Origin: Candidatus Palauibacter sp.
GTDB lineage: Bacteria > Gemmatimonadota > Gemmatimonadetes > Palauibacterales > Palauibacteraceae
NCBI RefSeq assembly: GCF_965213655.1
Contig: NZ_CBDBZT010000003.1
Location: 3,275,829 to 3,339,828, forward strand
Reading direction: 5' to 3'
DNA: 64,000 nucleotides
In this document: positions 29,418 through 38,770 of the stretch, piece after piece
Numbering within the stretch: the stretch's first letter is position 1
How the letters are laid out: each line of letters begins with the position of its first letter
The notes under the pieces: model-generated
What the model was told of the DNA's origin: nothing
The model's database searches: none
What the model saw: the letters and a program-made list of their open reading frames with translations, nothing else
Program-made: the position numbers and the translations under genes

Positions 29418-31307
29418 TCAGAATCCGAGTGACGCTGTCTCCCGCCTCACGTCACCGGCCGCCGTCATCACCCCGGTTTCCGGGTCGCGCCAGGTCACCG
29501 TGGGAGCGCCCGCGCGCCAGTTCCACAGGCCCCACGCCCGCACGTCGTGGCCCATAACGCGTAACGCTTCGACCGTCTCGGCCGGGATCCGGTCCTCCAT
29601 GTAGAGGACGGCGGGATTGAGGTTCACTTCGCTCCCGGTGGCCGGGAAGTTGTAACTGCCGAAGCGGGGCTGGTCGACGGCCTGCTCAGGGGACATTCCC
29701 CACACCGCCACGTTCAGAAAGACTTGCAGGAGGGCCTGCATCTGCTGGTCGCCGCCGGGGGTGGAAAGTCCCATGAACGGCTGGCCATCCTTCATCACCA
29801 GAAGGGGCGAGTTGGTGTTGCGCGGGCGCTTGCCGGGCGCCATCACGTTGGCCAGGTCGGGATCCAGGTTGAACTGCCCCATGCGGTTGCCCAGCCCGAA
29901 TCCCCAACCCGGGATCATGGGCGTGAAGGTGTGGCCGTCGCTCTCGGTGAGGGAAAACATGTTGCCCTCCCTGTCCATGACATTGAGGGAGAATGTGTCG
30001 ATGGAGGGAGTTCCGCCAGAGGGCCGATCTCCCGCCCCCACGAAGCTCGTGGGGGCGCCTTCCGCCACCGCGGCCATCCGTTCCGGATCGCCCCACGGAG
30101 GCATGTCCTGAAACGCGCTCGTCTCGTCGATGAGCCCGATGCGCTCGCGCGCGTAGGCCTTCCCGTACAGTCCCTCCGGTGCCGGCGCGAAGTCCGGATC
30201 CCCGACGTACCGGTGGGCGTCCGCCATCGCGAGGTCGATCACCTGTGAGATGAGGTGGATGTACTCCGGCGTGTTGTAGCCGAGGGCCCGCAGGTCGTAG
30301 TTCTCCAGCATGTTGAGCATCAGGATGATGCGCGGCCCCTGGCTCCATCCGTCGCCCGTGAAGATGCCGTAGCCGTTGAAGCTGGTCCCCAGAGGCTCCT
30401 CCCAGCGACCCTCGTAGCCTGCCATGTCCTCGTACCGGACGATGCCGTCATGCTCCCGGAAGAAACGGTCCACGTCGCGCGCGGGGTCGCCCCGGTAGAA
30501 GGCGTCCCGAGCGGCGCGGATCCCTTCGGAACGGCTTCCTCCCGCCGACAGCGCCTCCCGCTCGGCCTCCATCATGTAGCGAATGAGCCGGCCCAAATCG
30601 GCGTTCACCATGAGGTCGCCCAGACGTTGTTCGCCGACCCCGCGGGGGAACCAGAAGTCGCGATTGTAGGGGAAGGCGAGGATCCCCTCCGTCTGATCCT
30701 CGATCATCCATTTCTGCATCTTGTAGAGGTGATAGCCCGCCTCCACGATGCGCAGCGTCGGCTGGGCAGCCTCACTGAAGCTGAGGGTGCCGAAACGGTC
30801 GAGGGCGGCGAGCCAGACGTCCACGTCCGCGGGAATGAGTGCGTTGTTGATAGGCGACTTGCCATGCTCGAGGAAGTAGTCGAGGGTGGCGAGCGCGGGT
30901 GAGGTTCCCGCCCCGACGCGGGTGATCACGCGCCCCTCGGCGGCGCTGTACACGATGAGCGGGGCAACGCCCGTCCATCCCGCGTAATCCATCTTGAGCG
31001 CCTTGAGCGCCATCCCGGCGGTCACGCCGGCGTCGAAGGCATTGCCTCCTGCCCTGAGCACCTCGTACCCGGCCTGCGTGGCCAGGTAGTGACCGGAGGA
31101 GATCACCCCGTGCGTGCCCATGACGCGGGGTCGCATGGCCTCGACGTTGTCGGCGTCGTGGACGGGACCGTGACTCCGGAACGGGGCGATGGTGGCGAAG
31201 ACGCCTTCCTCCCCGGACGCGGATTGCTCCGGAGCATCCATGCCCGGATCGAAGGAGACGATGAGAGCCAGAGCCGCCACGGCGACCACACCTGACAGGG
31301 GCTTCAT
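29418..31307 (-). CDS. ggt: Gamma-glutamyltransferase family Ntn-hydrolase
   Basis: 'GGNAFDA', 'DT' nucleophile site, 'PGKRP', 'TPGGDQQ'. Confidence 0.88.
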   Translation of the reverse strand: MKPLSGVVAVAALALIVSFDPGMDAPEQSASGEEGVFATIAPFRSHGPVHDADNVEAMRPRVMGTHGVISSGHYLATQAGYEVLRAGGNAFDAGVTAGMALKALKMDYAGWTGVAPLIVYSAAEGRVITRVGAGTSPALATLDYFLEHGKSPINNALIPADVDVWLAALDRFGTLSFSEAAQPTLRIVEAGYHLYKMQKWMIEDQTEGILAFPYNRDFWFPRGVGEQRLGDLMVNADLGRLIRYMMEAEREALSAGGSRSEGIRAARDAFYRGDPARDVDRFFREHDGIVRYEDMAGYEGRWEEPLGTSFNGYGIFTGDGWSQGPRIILMLNMLENYDLRALGYNTPEYIHLISQVIDLAMADAHRYVGDPDFAPAPEGLYGKAYARERIGLIDETSAFQDMPPWGDPERMAAVAEGAPTSFVGAGDRPSGGTPSIDTFSLNVMDREGNMFSLTESDGHTFTPMIPGWGFGLGNRMGQFNLDPDLANVMAPGKRPRNTNSPLLVMKDGQPFMGLSTPGGDQQMQALLQVFLNVAVWGMSPEQAVDQPRFGSYNFPATGSEVNLNPAVLYMEDRIPAETVEALRVMGHDVRAWGLWNWRAGAPTVTWRDPETGVMTAAGDVRRETASLGF

Positions 31308-31433
31308 AGCATCATCCTCCCTGTTCTTCGACCGAGATGGAGGCGCAGCCAACTGCTCTCGCCTCCCACCGTCCTGAAGCTACTTGTGGGGATCGTCCCG
31401 GCAACGACGCAGCACGACGTGCCCGCGGAAACG

Positions 31434-32165
31434 TCAGGCCGCGGCCAGCGCCTCCAGCGCGGCCAGGGTATCGGCCCGGCCGCGTGCTTCAGGGAAGAGC
31501 TCTAGCGCGAGAGCGACCATGCCGGTCGCGTTCGCCACCGCGAAGCTGATCCCGTTCAGGTTGCGCGTCGGCGGGACGCCGGGGATGGGACGCGGGTAGC
31601 CGGACGCGTACAGGACGCGCCGCCCGATACGGATCTCGTGCCGCGAGAGGTCCCAGTCGAGGCAGACGCCGAGCGCGCCGGGAAGGCTGCCCGGGAGCTG
31701 AAGCTGTCCCTCGTGCGAATAGGCCGCGATGACGAGCGTTCCGCGCTCCACGGCCCGGTCGACCACGGGCTGCAGCACCTCGATGCGGCTCTGGCGGGGT
31801 GTCCCAAGGCTCAGATTGGCCACGCGGCAGCCGCGCTCCCCGGCCCAGTCGATCGCCTTCGCAAGCGTACGGGCGCTCGTCGCGAGCTCGTCGTGAAAGA
31901 CGCGGGCGACGTGGACGCGCGCGCCCGGCGCCTTCTCCTGGATCGCCGCCGTGACGGCGGTCCCGTGGCCGAGCCGGTCGGTCAGGTCGTCGTGTGCGTT
32001 CCCGTCCGACGTGAGCGCGATTCCGCCCGCGAGAAGGCCGAGGTGGGGGTGTCCCGGATGCGCTCCGCTATCGATGACGGCGATCGAGACGCCCCGGCCG
32101 GTCCGGCCCCGGAGCGGCCCCGAGCGCAGCCGCACGAGCGAAGGCGCCACCGGGGGCGCCGTCAC
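31434..32165 (-). CDS. qhpE: Subtilisin-like S8 protease (QhpC leader peptidase)
   Basis: 'VIDSG', 'GHGTAV', 'GISFA' catalytic triad; lies at the end of the qhp cluster. Confidence 0.8.
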   Translation of the reverse strand: MTAPPVAPSLVRLRSGPLRGRTGRGVSIAVIDSGAHPGHPHLGLLAGGIALTSDGNAHDDLTDRLGHGTAVTAAIQEKAPGARVHVARVFHDELATSARTLAKAIDWAGERGCRVANLSLGTPRQSRIEVLQPVVDRAVERGTLVIAAYSHEGQLQLPGSLPGALGVCLDWDLSRHEIRIGRRVLYASGYPRPIPGVPPTRNLNGISFAVANATGMVALALELFPEARGRADTLAALEALAAA

Positions 32166-33880
32166 CCCGCGAACAGGGCGCGGAATGCGCCGGGCCGGCT
32201 GTCGAGCTCCGCGGGCCGGCCGTCCTGCACGACCCGTCCGTCGCGCAGCACGACCGCCCGCTCCGCCCGTCGTGCGAGTTCGGGCCGGTGCGTGATGAGC
32301 ACCGTCGTCCGTCCGTGCATGAGGGCCGCGTAGCCCTCCAGCAGCTGCGCCTCCGAGGCCGGATCGAGGGCCCCGGTCGCCTCGTCGAGCACGAGCACGG
32401 CCGGGTCGGCGAGGAAGGCCCGCGCCACCGCCACGCGCTGCCGCTCCCCGGCGGAGAGCTGCCGGCCCCGCTCCCCCACGACCGTGTCCGCGCCCTCCGG
32501 CAGCGACGCCAGCAGCCCATCGAGCGCGGCGGCGGCGAGGGCTCCGGTGACCTCGAGGTCCGTGGCATCGGGCTTCGCGTAGCGCACGTTCTCCGCGATC
32601 GAGGCGTGGAAGATGAACGGATCCTGTTCGACCACGGCCACGTTCCGGCGCACGTCCGTCAGCGCCAGCGCCCGCACGTCCCGCCCGTCGAGCAGCACCC
32701 TCCCGCCATCGGGGTCGAGTTGGCGCGAGAGCAGATCCGCGATCGTCGACTTGCCGCTCCCGCTCGCGCCGACGAGCGCGACCACCTGCCCGGCGGGCAC
32801 CTCCAGCGACACGCCCTCCAGCACCTCGCCTCCCCGCCCGAAGCCGAGCCGCACCTCCTCGAGGACCAGCGCCCCCGCGGCCCGCTCCAGCCGCTCCGCT
32901 CCCTCCGCCTCCACCACATCGAGCGGGGTGTCCCACAACTCGTGCACGCGCACCAGCGAGGCCCGCGCGCTCGCCAGGTTCGCGTACAGCCCCATCAGCG
33001 CCTGCACCGGGAAGAGGAGCCGCATCTGATACGCCATGAACGCGACGAACGTCCCCAGCGTCGTCGCCTCCGTGATGACGCGGTAGCCGCCGTACAGGAA
33101 GACGGCGGCCGTCCCCGTCTGCAGCAGCACCCCCGGCAGGCCTCCCGCCAGGTATGTAAACCAGCGCATGGACATGAGCGCGCGCACGAAGCGGTCGTTG
33201 TGGCGCCGGAAGCGCTCGGCCTCCCGCTCCTGGGCGTTGGACGCGACGACCGTGCGCACCCCCTGCAGCGTCTCGATCAGGAAGCTCCCGATGTCCGCGC
33301 TCCGCTCCCTCAGATGCGTCACGCGCCCCTCGAGCCGGTTCCGGTATCTCACCAGCGCCCACAGGCTCGGCGGCAGCGCGACGAGCCCCGCGAGGAAGAG
33401 CCGCGCGTCGAGATAGATCAGCATCCCCATTGTCCCGATCAGGAAGAGGACGTTGCCGAACAGGCCGAGCGCCGCGTCCGCGGTCACCCGCTGGATCTCG
33501 CCGATGTCGTTGTTGATCCGGGAGACGATGTCCCCCATCGGCGTCCGCGCGTAGAAGCGCGGCGAGAGTCGCTGCAGGTGCCGGTAGAGCGCGAGCCGCA
33601 TGTCGAACAGGATGCCGGCCGATACCCGCGTGTACCGCATCCCGCTCGCCACGTTCGCACCGAAGCCGAGGATGGTGATCCCGATGAAGAGCCCGACGAT
33701 CCTGAGCAGGAGGGGGAAGTCCCCTCCGAGGATCGCGTCGTCGATCATCGCCTTCGACAGGTAGGGGAGCGCGAGTCCCAGCGCGGTCCCGGCGGTGGAG
33801 AGGAGGACCACCGGAAGCAAAGCCCCCGCGTACGGTCGAACGTAGGCGAGGGCTCGGCGAAGGTGCGGGTCCCGGATCAC
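32162..33880 (-). CDS. qhpF: ABC exporter (permease plus ATPase)
   Basis: 6-TM domain; Walker A 'GASGSGKST'; 'LSAGERQR'; 'LDEAT'. Confidence 0.85.
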   Translation of the reverse strand: MIRDPHLRRALAYVRPYAGALLPVVLLSTAGTALGLALPYLSKAMIDDAILGGDFPLLLRIVGLFIGITILGFGANVASGMRYTRVSAGILFDMRLALYRHLQRLSPRFYARTPMGDIVSRINNDIGEIQRVTADAALGLFGNVLFLIGTMGMLIYLDARLFLAGLVALPPSLWALVRYRNRLEGRVTHLRERSADIGSFLIETLQGVRTVVASNAQEREAERFRRHNDRFVRALMSMRWFTYLAGGLPGVLLQTGTAAVFLYGGYRVITEATTLGTFVAFMAYQMRLLFPVQALMGLYANLASARASLVRVHELWDTPLDVVEAEGAERLERAAGALVLEEVRLGFGRGGEVLEGVSLEVPAGQVVALVGASGSGKSTIADLLSRQLDPDGGRVLLDGRDVRALALTDVRRNVAVVEQDPFIFHASIAENVRYAKPDATDLEVTGALAAAALDGLLASLPEGADTVVGERGRQLSAGERQRVAVARAFLADPAVLVLDEATGALDPASEAQLLEGYAALMHGRTTVLITHRPELARRAERAVVLRDGRVVQDGRPAELDSRPGAFRALFAG

Positions 33881-33920
33881 CCGGACCTCATGACATCAAG
33901 TGCAGGATCGGCTGCCGGGA

Positions 33921-35057
33921 TCAACCCGGATCGGGCACCACGACGACGCTCGTCATGTCGGCGTCCAGCGTGACCGTGCGCAGGAACTCGAACGTCTCTT
34001 CATCGTAGACGTCGATCGTGCTCCCGGCATTGTAGACGTACAGCTTCTCGCCGTCGGCGCTCGGCATCAGCAGCATCCGCGGCCGCCCCGCGAAGGTGAC
34101 GCGTCCGGCCACGCGCCGGCCCTCGAGATCGAACTTCCACATCTCGTAGTGTCCGATTTCGGACTTGAGTCCGTACCCCTTGGTCCCATCCGGAGAAAGC
34201 ACGAACGACACTCCCTCGTCGGGGCCGATGGGGTGGAAATCCACGTCCTGCGCCGCCAGGTCCACGGTCGCGATACCCATGAGACGACGGTTCTGGAGCG
34301 GGTCCGTCATGCGGAAGAGGCCCGTGTATACGCCGTCCACCTCCTGGTACGGGCTGCGCCCGAAGGGGAGCCTCATCTCGCCCAGTCCTGGTTCGAAGGG
34401 CTCGGAGATCTCCCAGCGGTCCACCTCCTCGAACGTCTCCGCGTCGAGCACGACGAGATCGTCCGCGAACATGTACAGGAGGTCTCCGTCCGGAGAGAAG
34501 CGGAAGTTGGTGTTTCGTCGCTCCTCCCCGTCCGGCCACGGGATCGTGTCGGTCACCTCGTAGGTCGTGAGGTCGAAGCGAAGCAGCGTCGGATCGTCGA
34601 TCCGGTACCGGTCCGCGAGCTTGGTGCGGCTCTGCACATGCATCGCCATCCATTCCTGGTCCGGGTGGACCTGGAAGGAACGGATCCACGTACGCGTCGA
34701 GCCTTCGCTCAGCGTGAACTCGCCGACGGACTCCTTGGAGGGAAGCGCGACGATCTCGATCGTCTCGAAGAAGGGGTCCAGCACGTAGAGCCGCGACCGA
34801 TCTTCGGAGACGTCGACACGGAGCGAGATCGCACGTTTGACCGGGATCCGGTCCACGACTTCCTCGCTGGCTTCGTCCCAGACGATCACTTCGTTGCTGT
34901 AGTTGCCCATGTACCAGTGGGCGTTGCGGCCATTCCCCTGCGCCTCCAGCGTCCGAACCCCTGTCAGGGCGCAGGCGATGGCGGCGGCGGCGATACCGAC
35001 AGCCTTCGATGTCCGTCCCGGGCAGCTCCGAATCATGGTGAACACCGTGCGGATCAC
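33921..35057 (-). CDS. qhpB: Quinohemoprotein amine dehydrogenase beta subunit (beta-propeller)
   Basis: Signal peptide; YVTN-like blades; GTGA overlap with the qhpC stop. Confidence 0.75.
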   Translation of the reverse strand: MIRTVFTMIRSCPGRTSKAVGIAAAAIACALTGVRTLEAQGNGRNAHWYMGNYSNEVIVWDEASEEVVDRIPVKRAISLRVDVSEDRSRLYVLDPFFETIEIVALPSKESVGEFTLSEGSTRTWIRSFQVHPDQEWMAMHVQSRTKLADRYRIDDPTLLRFDLTTYEVTDTIPWPDGEERRNTNFRFSPDGDLLYMFADDLVVLDAETFEEVDRWEISEPFEPGLGEMRLPFGRSPYQEVDGVYTGLFRMTDPLQNRRLMGIATVDLAAQDVDFHPIGPDEGVSFVLSPDGTKGYGLKSEIGHYEMWKFDLEGRRVAGRVTFAGRPRMLLMPSADGEKLYVYNAGSTIDVYDEETFEFLRTVTLDADMTSVVVVPDPG

Positions 35058-35389
35058 GGGAAGACGAGGTCCAGCTTCCGCCAGTCCTTCTGCGCCGACG
35101 CGCACTGCGACGTCCAGTCCGGCGAGTGGTTGAGCTGGTCGGGCACATGCGCGGGCCAGAAGCAGGCAAGGTGGCAGTCGAACAAGTCCCGCTCCACCGG
35201 CTGGCACAGCCCGGCGGTCCCGCCGCTCGAGTCCACCTCCCAGCCGGGCGAGAACACGAGCGAGCAGCCCAGCGGAATGTGCGGTCCCTCCGGCGGCCGG
35301 CTCTCGAGCCCCACCACGTCCAGCTCTTCTCGAGCGAGCTGCGCCTCGATGCGGCCGGCCTTCTGGTTGATCGGCTTCAGTTGTTTCAC
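35054..35389 (-). CDS. qhpC: QHNDH gamma subunit (CTQ precursor peptide)
   Basis: 'GC...F.PGWEVD.....LCQP.E.DL..C...C.WPA.V.D...DWRKL..VFP' with leader 'MKQLKPINQKA'. Confidence 0.95.
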   Translation of the reverse strand: MKQLKPINQKAGRIEAQLAREELDVVGLESRPPEGPHIPLGCSLVFSPGWEVDSSGGTAGLCQPVERDLFDCHLACFWPAHVPDQLNHSPDWTSQCASAQKDWRKLDLVFP

Positions 35390-35438
35390 GACTCTCCCCC
35401 TCGCATGCGAAGGTCGGCCGGGCCCGCGCCCGGCCCCG

Positions 35439-36878
35439 TCAATGGTCGAAGCGGGCCAGGTACTCCGGGTTCCGCTCCGACAACTCTCCGTAGATCTCCA
35501 GACACGTGTGCGTCCACGTCCGCACCCAGTTGCAGAAGTGCAGGTTGGGCGCGTTCGTCTCTCCCGTCCGCGTGTACGCCTCGTGGTAGCAGCCGCCCGA
35601 GCAGATCGGGCGGGCCCAGCATGTATGGCAGTCCGTCTTGTTCTTGATGTGGTGGTCCTCGAGGAAGTCCTTCTGCCGCTCGCGGTCGATCCCCTCGGCG
35701 ACGGTCCCGAAGCTGTGGTCGTTCGAGTAGGCGAAGCGGTGGCAGAGCGCCACGTCGCCCCCCGTCGTCACGCCCATCAGCCCGAGCCCGGCCCCGCACG
35801 GGTACGCCTTGCTCACGCCCTTGTGGATCTCCTCCAGCGTGTCCTTCACGTTCGAGAAACCGTGGTGCCGGTTCTGCACCGCGTGCTCCAGCCAGTCGCG
35901 CGCCAACTCGTCGAACTGGCGCAGCATGCGGTCGTATCCTTCGTCCTCGATCTCGTAGTCGCGCCCGGAGGAGGTCGTAACCGGCGCGAAGCCCACCTCC
36001 CAGAACCCCATCTCGTCGGTGAGGTGACGGTAGATGCGGTGGATGTCGAGGTTCTCGCGCGTGAGCGTCACGCGCGCGCCGATCGGACGGGACTTGTGCC
36101 GCTTGAGCAGTGCCTTGATCCGCGGCTTGACCGTCTCGTAGGAGCCCTTCCCGCTGTGGAAGACGCGCATGCGATCCTGCATCTCCTTCGGCCCGTCGAT
36201 GGAGACGGTGACGCCGATCTCGTTGTCCGCCAGCCACTCGATGATGTCGGGGCGAAGGAGCGTCGCGTTCGTCGTGAGGCTGAATTCGAGCCGCTTCCCC
36301 TCCTCCTCGGCGCGGCGCCGGGCGTAGGCCACCGTGTCCTGGAGCACGGGGAAGTTGAGCAGCGTCTCGCCGCCGAAGAAGGTGAGGTGCGCGACTTCGA
36401 TCGGTCCCGATTCCTTGAGGAGGAACTCGACGCTCTCCCGCGCGGTCTCATCTCCCATGAACTTCGGGTCGTCCGTGCAGGTCGTGTCGACGATTTTGTC
36501 TTCGCCGTACTCGTAGCAGTAGGTGCAGGCGAGGTTGCACTTGTTGGTGACGTTGAGGACCATCGTCGTGAGCGGGAAGCCGTCCGGCGGCAGGTCGTTC
36601 ACGACCTGGTCGACGGGAGCCCCGGCCTCGCCGATGGCGCGGATCTGCTGGAGTTCGAGCAACCCGTCGTGCACGCGGTCGACGGGGTATCGGTCCGAGA
36701 GGGAGTTCACGACCTCGCCCGGCGAACGGGGTCCGTAGCTGAGCAGATCGAGGATGGCGGAGGACGCGGCATCGACCCGGAAGATGCCGGCCGAGGGGAC
36801 GAGGTAGAGGAACCGCTCGCCCGACGCCTCGAAGGCATGAAACTCTCGCAACGCCAGTTGGCCGACCGGCTTGATCAT
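35439..36878 (-). CDS. qhpD: Radical SAM/SPASM thioether-forming maturase
   Basis: CNLACTYC; 'FFGGETLL'; SPASM 'CGAG..CH..CHTCWARPICSGGCYH'. Confidence 0.93.
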   Translation of the reverse strand: MIKPVGQLALREFHAFEASGERFLYLVPSAGIFRVDAASSAILDLLSYGPRSPGEVVNSLSDRYPVDRVHDGLLELQQIRAIGEAGAPVDQVVNDLPPDGFPLTTMVLNVTNKCNLACTYCYEYGEDKIVDTTCTDDPKFMGDETARESVEFLLKESGPIEVAHLTFFGGETLLNFPVLQDTVAYARRRAEEEGKRLEFSLTTNATLLRPDIIEWLADNEIGVTVSIDGPKEMQDRMRVFHSGKGSYETVKPRIKALLKRHKSRPIGARVTLTRENLDIHRIYRHLTDEMGFWEVGFAPVTTSSGRDYEIEDEGYDRMLRQFDELARDWLEHAVQNRHHGFSNVKDTLEEIHKGVSKAYPCGAGLGLMGVTTGGDVALCHRFAYSNDHSFGTVAEGIDRERQKDFLEDHHIKNKTDCHTCWARPICSGGCYHEAYTRTGETNAPNLHFCNWVRTWTHTCLEIYGELSERNPEYLARFDH

Positions 36879-38656
36879 GGCACCAGCCTCCCCGTCGGGA
36901 CCCCCTGCCACGGGTCGAACTTGAGGTAGAGCGGCACCGTCACGATGAGGTGCGCCCGTGCGCGCAGACTCCGGGTTGCTCCGGGAGCCGCGTCGGCACC
37001 CGCATAGGTCGCCACGACCCACACGTCGCCCACGTTGTTTCGGTCGCCCACCCGGCTCTCGTTCGGACCATCGATGGCGGGGGTGAAGATCCCGTCCGAT
37101 CCCAGCGCGCCGACGTACTGGATGTCGTCGTCGTCGAAGGTCGCGGCGTATTCCTCCATGCTCCAGGTCACCGGCACCCGCCCGAGCCGGAGGTCGTCCG
37201 CCGTGTTGGGCTCGCCATCCGGGCCGTCGTCCCACCCGATCGCGTCGTAGGGCTGATAGCCCTTCGGGAAGGCCGCGCCGCCGATCCGCGCCATGCCCGC
37301 GCGCGGCGTCACCTCGAGTCGGTCCACTCCGTCATGGACGCGGATCGCGCCCGGCAGGCCCACGCCGCCAAGGAAGAGATCGCGCCCGCCGACCGCCGCG
37401 TCATCATCGACCGAGAGGCGGACGGTGACCCGGCTCCCATCGCCACCGGCCACGGACTCGACGCGGACCCCCGGCCCGAAGTCGAAGTCCGCCGCGTCGG
37501 CATTCGCCGGGAGGTTGACGCCGTGTACGCGGAGTTCGGTGGACGAGGCGCCGGTGCGGATCGCCCGGGGGTGTACGCCGGACACGACGGGGCCGCCGCT
37601 CACGCGCGTCAGCTTCACGTCGGGGCCAAACTCGTCGTAGGCGCCCGCGAACCAGCGGCCCGTCATCGCCTGCCATCCGCGGTCCACCGTCATCACTTCC
37701 CGCAACTCGTCCGCGCCACCGGGATTCGATCGTCCGCGCCACTGATAGCCGGTATAGACGATGGACTGTCCGCTGCGGCTCACCTCCTGCCCCGACTCTG
37801 CGTACGTGTACGACGCTCGCGAGCGGAACTCATCGGGCGCGTCGCCGGCGGAGATCTCCACCGTACCGAAGATCTGACCCTTCCCGGGCTCGAACCCCGC
37901 CAGCGCCCAGGTGCCGGCGAGTCGCGGTGTCCGCATCGATGCCGACCAGGCGGACCATTCGGGCGTCTCGAGGGGAAAGGCCTCGGAGAGGTGGTCGATC
38001 GCCACGTCTACCGGCTGGGGTGCGTCGCCGTCCCCGCCCCTGAGGAAGCCCTGAAAATCGACGAGCGGGTAGAGGCCGCGGTGCGTCGCCATGAGGAGTT
38101 CCCACTCCTCGCGCGTGCGCCGCTGCGTGATGACGCGGCCCATGCTGTGACACTGGATGCAGGTGTTCTCGACGTCGCGATCCGCCTCGTACACGTGTTC
38201 GATGAGGCGGCGCTCGACCTCGAAACGGCCGGGCTCGAGTTCCTCCGGCGCGAGACCCTGCCGGTTGGAGAGGTAGCGAACGACCTCGCGCGCCTCGTCG
38301 GGGCCCAGGGAGACGTCGTTGAGCGCCATCATGCGGCGGACCGACGTCTGCCACCCCTCCGGCGTCTTCCGCTCGTAGGAGATCCGCGTCATCCGCCCCT
38401 GCTCGTCGCGCTCGTGGCAGCGCTGGCAGCGGACAATGATGATCTCGTTGTCGATCGGGTAGCCGTCATCGTCGGCCCGGATGGGGTCTCCGGCGGCGCC
38501 GGCGACCGGAGCGGCGGCGGGCTCGATGAGCGGTGCCTCGGGCATCCCGGGCACCTGGGGGAGGGTGCGGGCGCCCAGGAATACGAGCACACCGACGGCC
38601 ATCCCGGCCGCCAGCACCCCGTGAATTGTCCCTCGCGCGGTCGCTTCGCGTCTCAT
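36875..38656 (-). CDS. qhpA: QHNDH alpha subunit (diheme c)
   Basis: CQRCH and CIQCH; 'RISYERKTPEGW'; 'GPDGEPNTADD'; 'LIVTVP'. Confidence 0.93.
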   Translation of the reverse strand: MRREATARGTIHGVLAAGMAVGVLVFLGARTLPQVPGMPEAPLIEPAAAPVAGAAGDPIRADDDGYPIDNEIIIVRCQRCHERDEQGRMTRISYERKTPEGWQTSVRRMMALNDVSLGPDEAREVVRYLSNRQGLAPEELEPGRFEVERRLIEHVYEADRDVENTCIQCHSMGRVITQRRTREEWELLMATHRGLYPLVDFQGFLRGGDGDAPQPVDVAIDHLSEAFPLETPEWSAWSASMRTPRLAGTWALAGFEPGKGQIFGTVEISAGDAPDEFRSRASYTYAESGQEVSRSGQSIVYTGYQWRGRSNPGGADELREVMTVDRGWQAMTGRWFAGAYDEFGPDVKLTRVSGGPVVSGVHPRAIRTGASSTELRVHGVNLPANADAADFDFGPGVRVESVAGGDGSRVTVRLSVDDDAAVGGRDLFLGGVGLPGAIRVHDGVDRLEVTPRAGMARIGGAAFPKGYQPYDAIGWDDGPDGEPNTADDLRLGRVPVTWSMEEYAATFDDDDIQYVGALGSDGIFTPAIDGPNESRVGDRNNVGDVWVVATYAGADAAPGATRSLRARAHLIVTVPLYLKFDPWQGVPTGRLVP

Positions 38657-38770
38657 CCATCCTCCGTTCGGAACCGGCTCAATTGTGCGCCCGCCGACCC
38701 GGGCGCGCCAGTCCGAAAGGCGTCTCCGGCACGTCCTCAACACGTCCTGCGATCGTCTGCCGGCCCTCCG

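Noticed and set aside
33900-36929. 1009-aa + strand ORF and other long antisense ORFs (21440-24535, 36950-39292, 48880-51252)
   Set aside because: Shadow frames of well-supported opposite-strand genes in high-GC DNA; no recognisable motifs.
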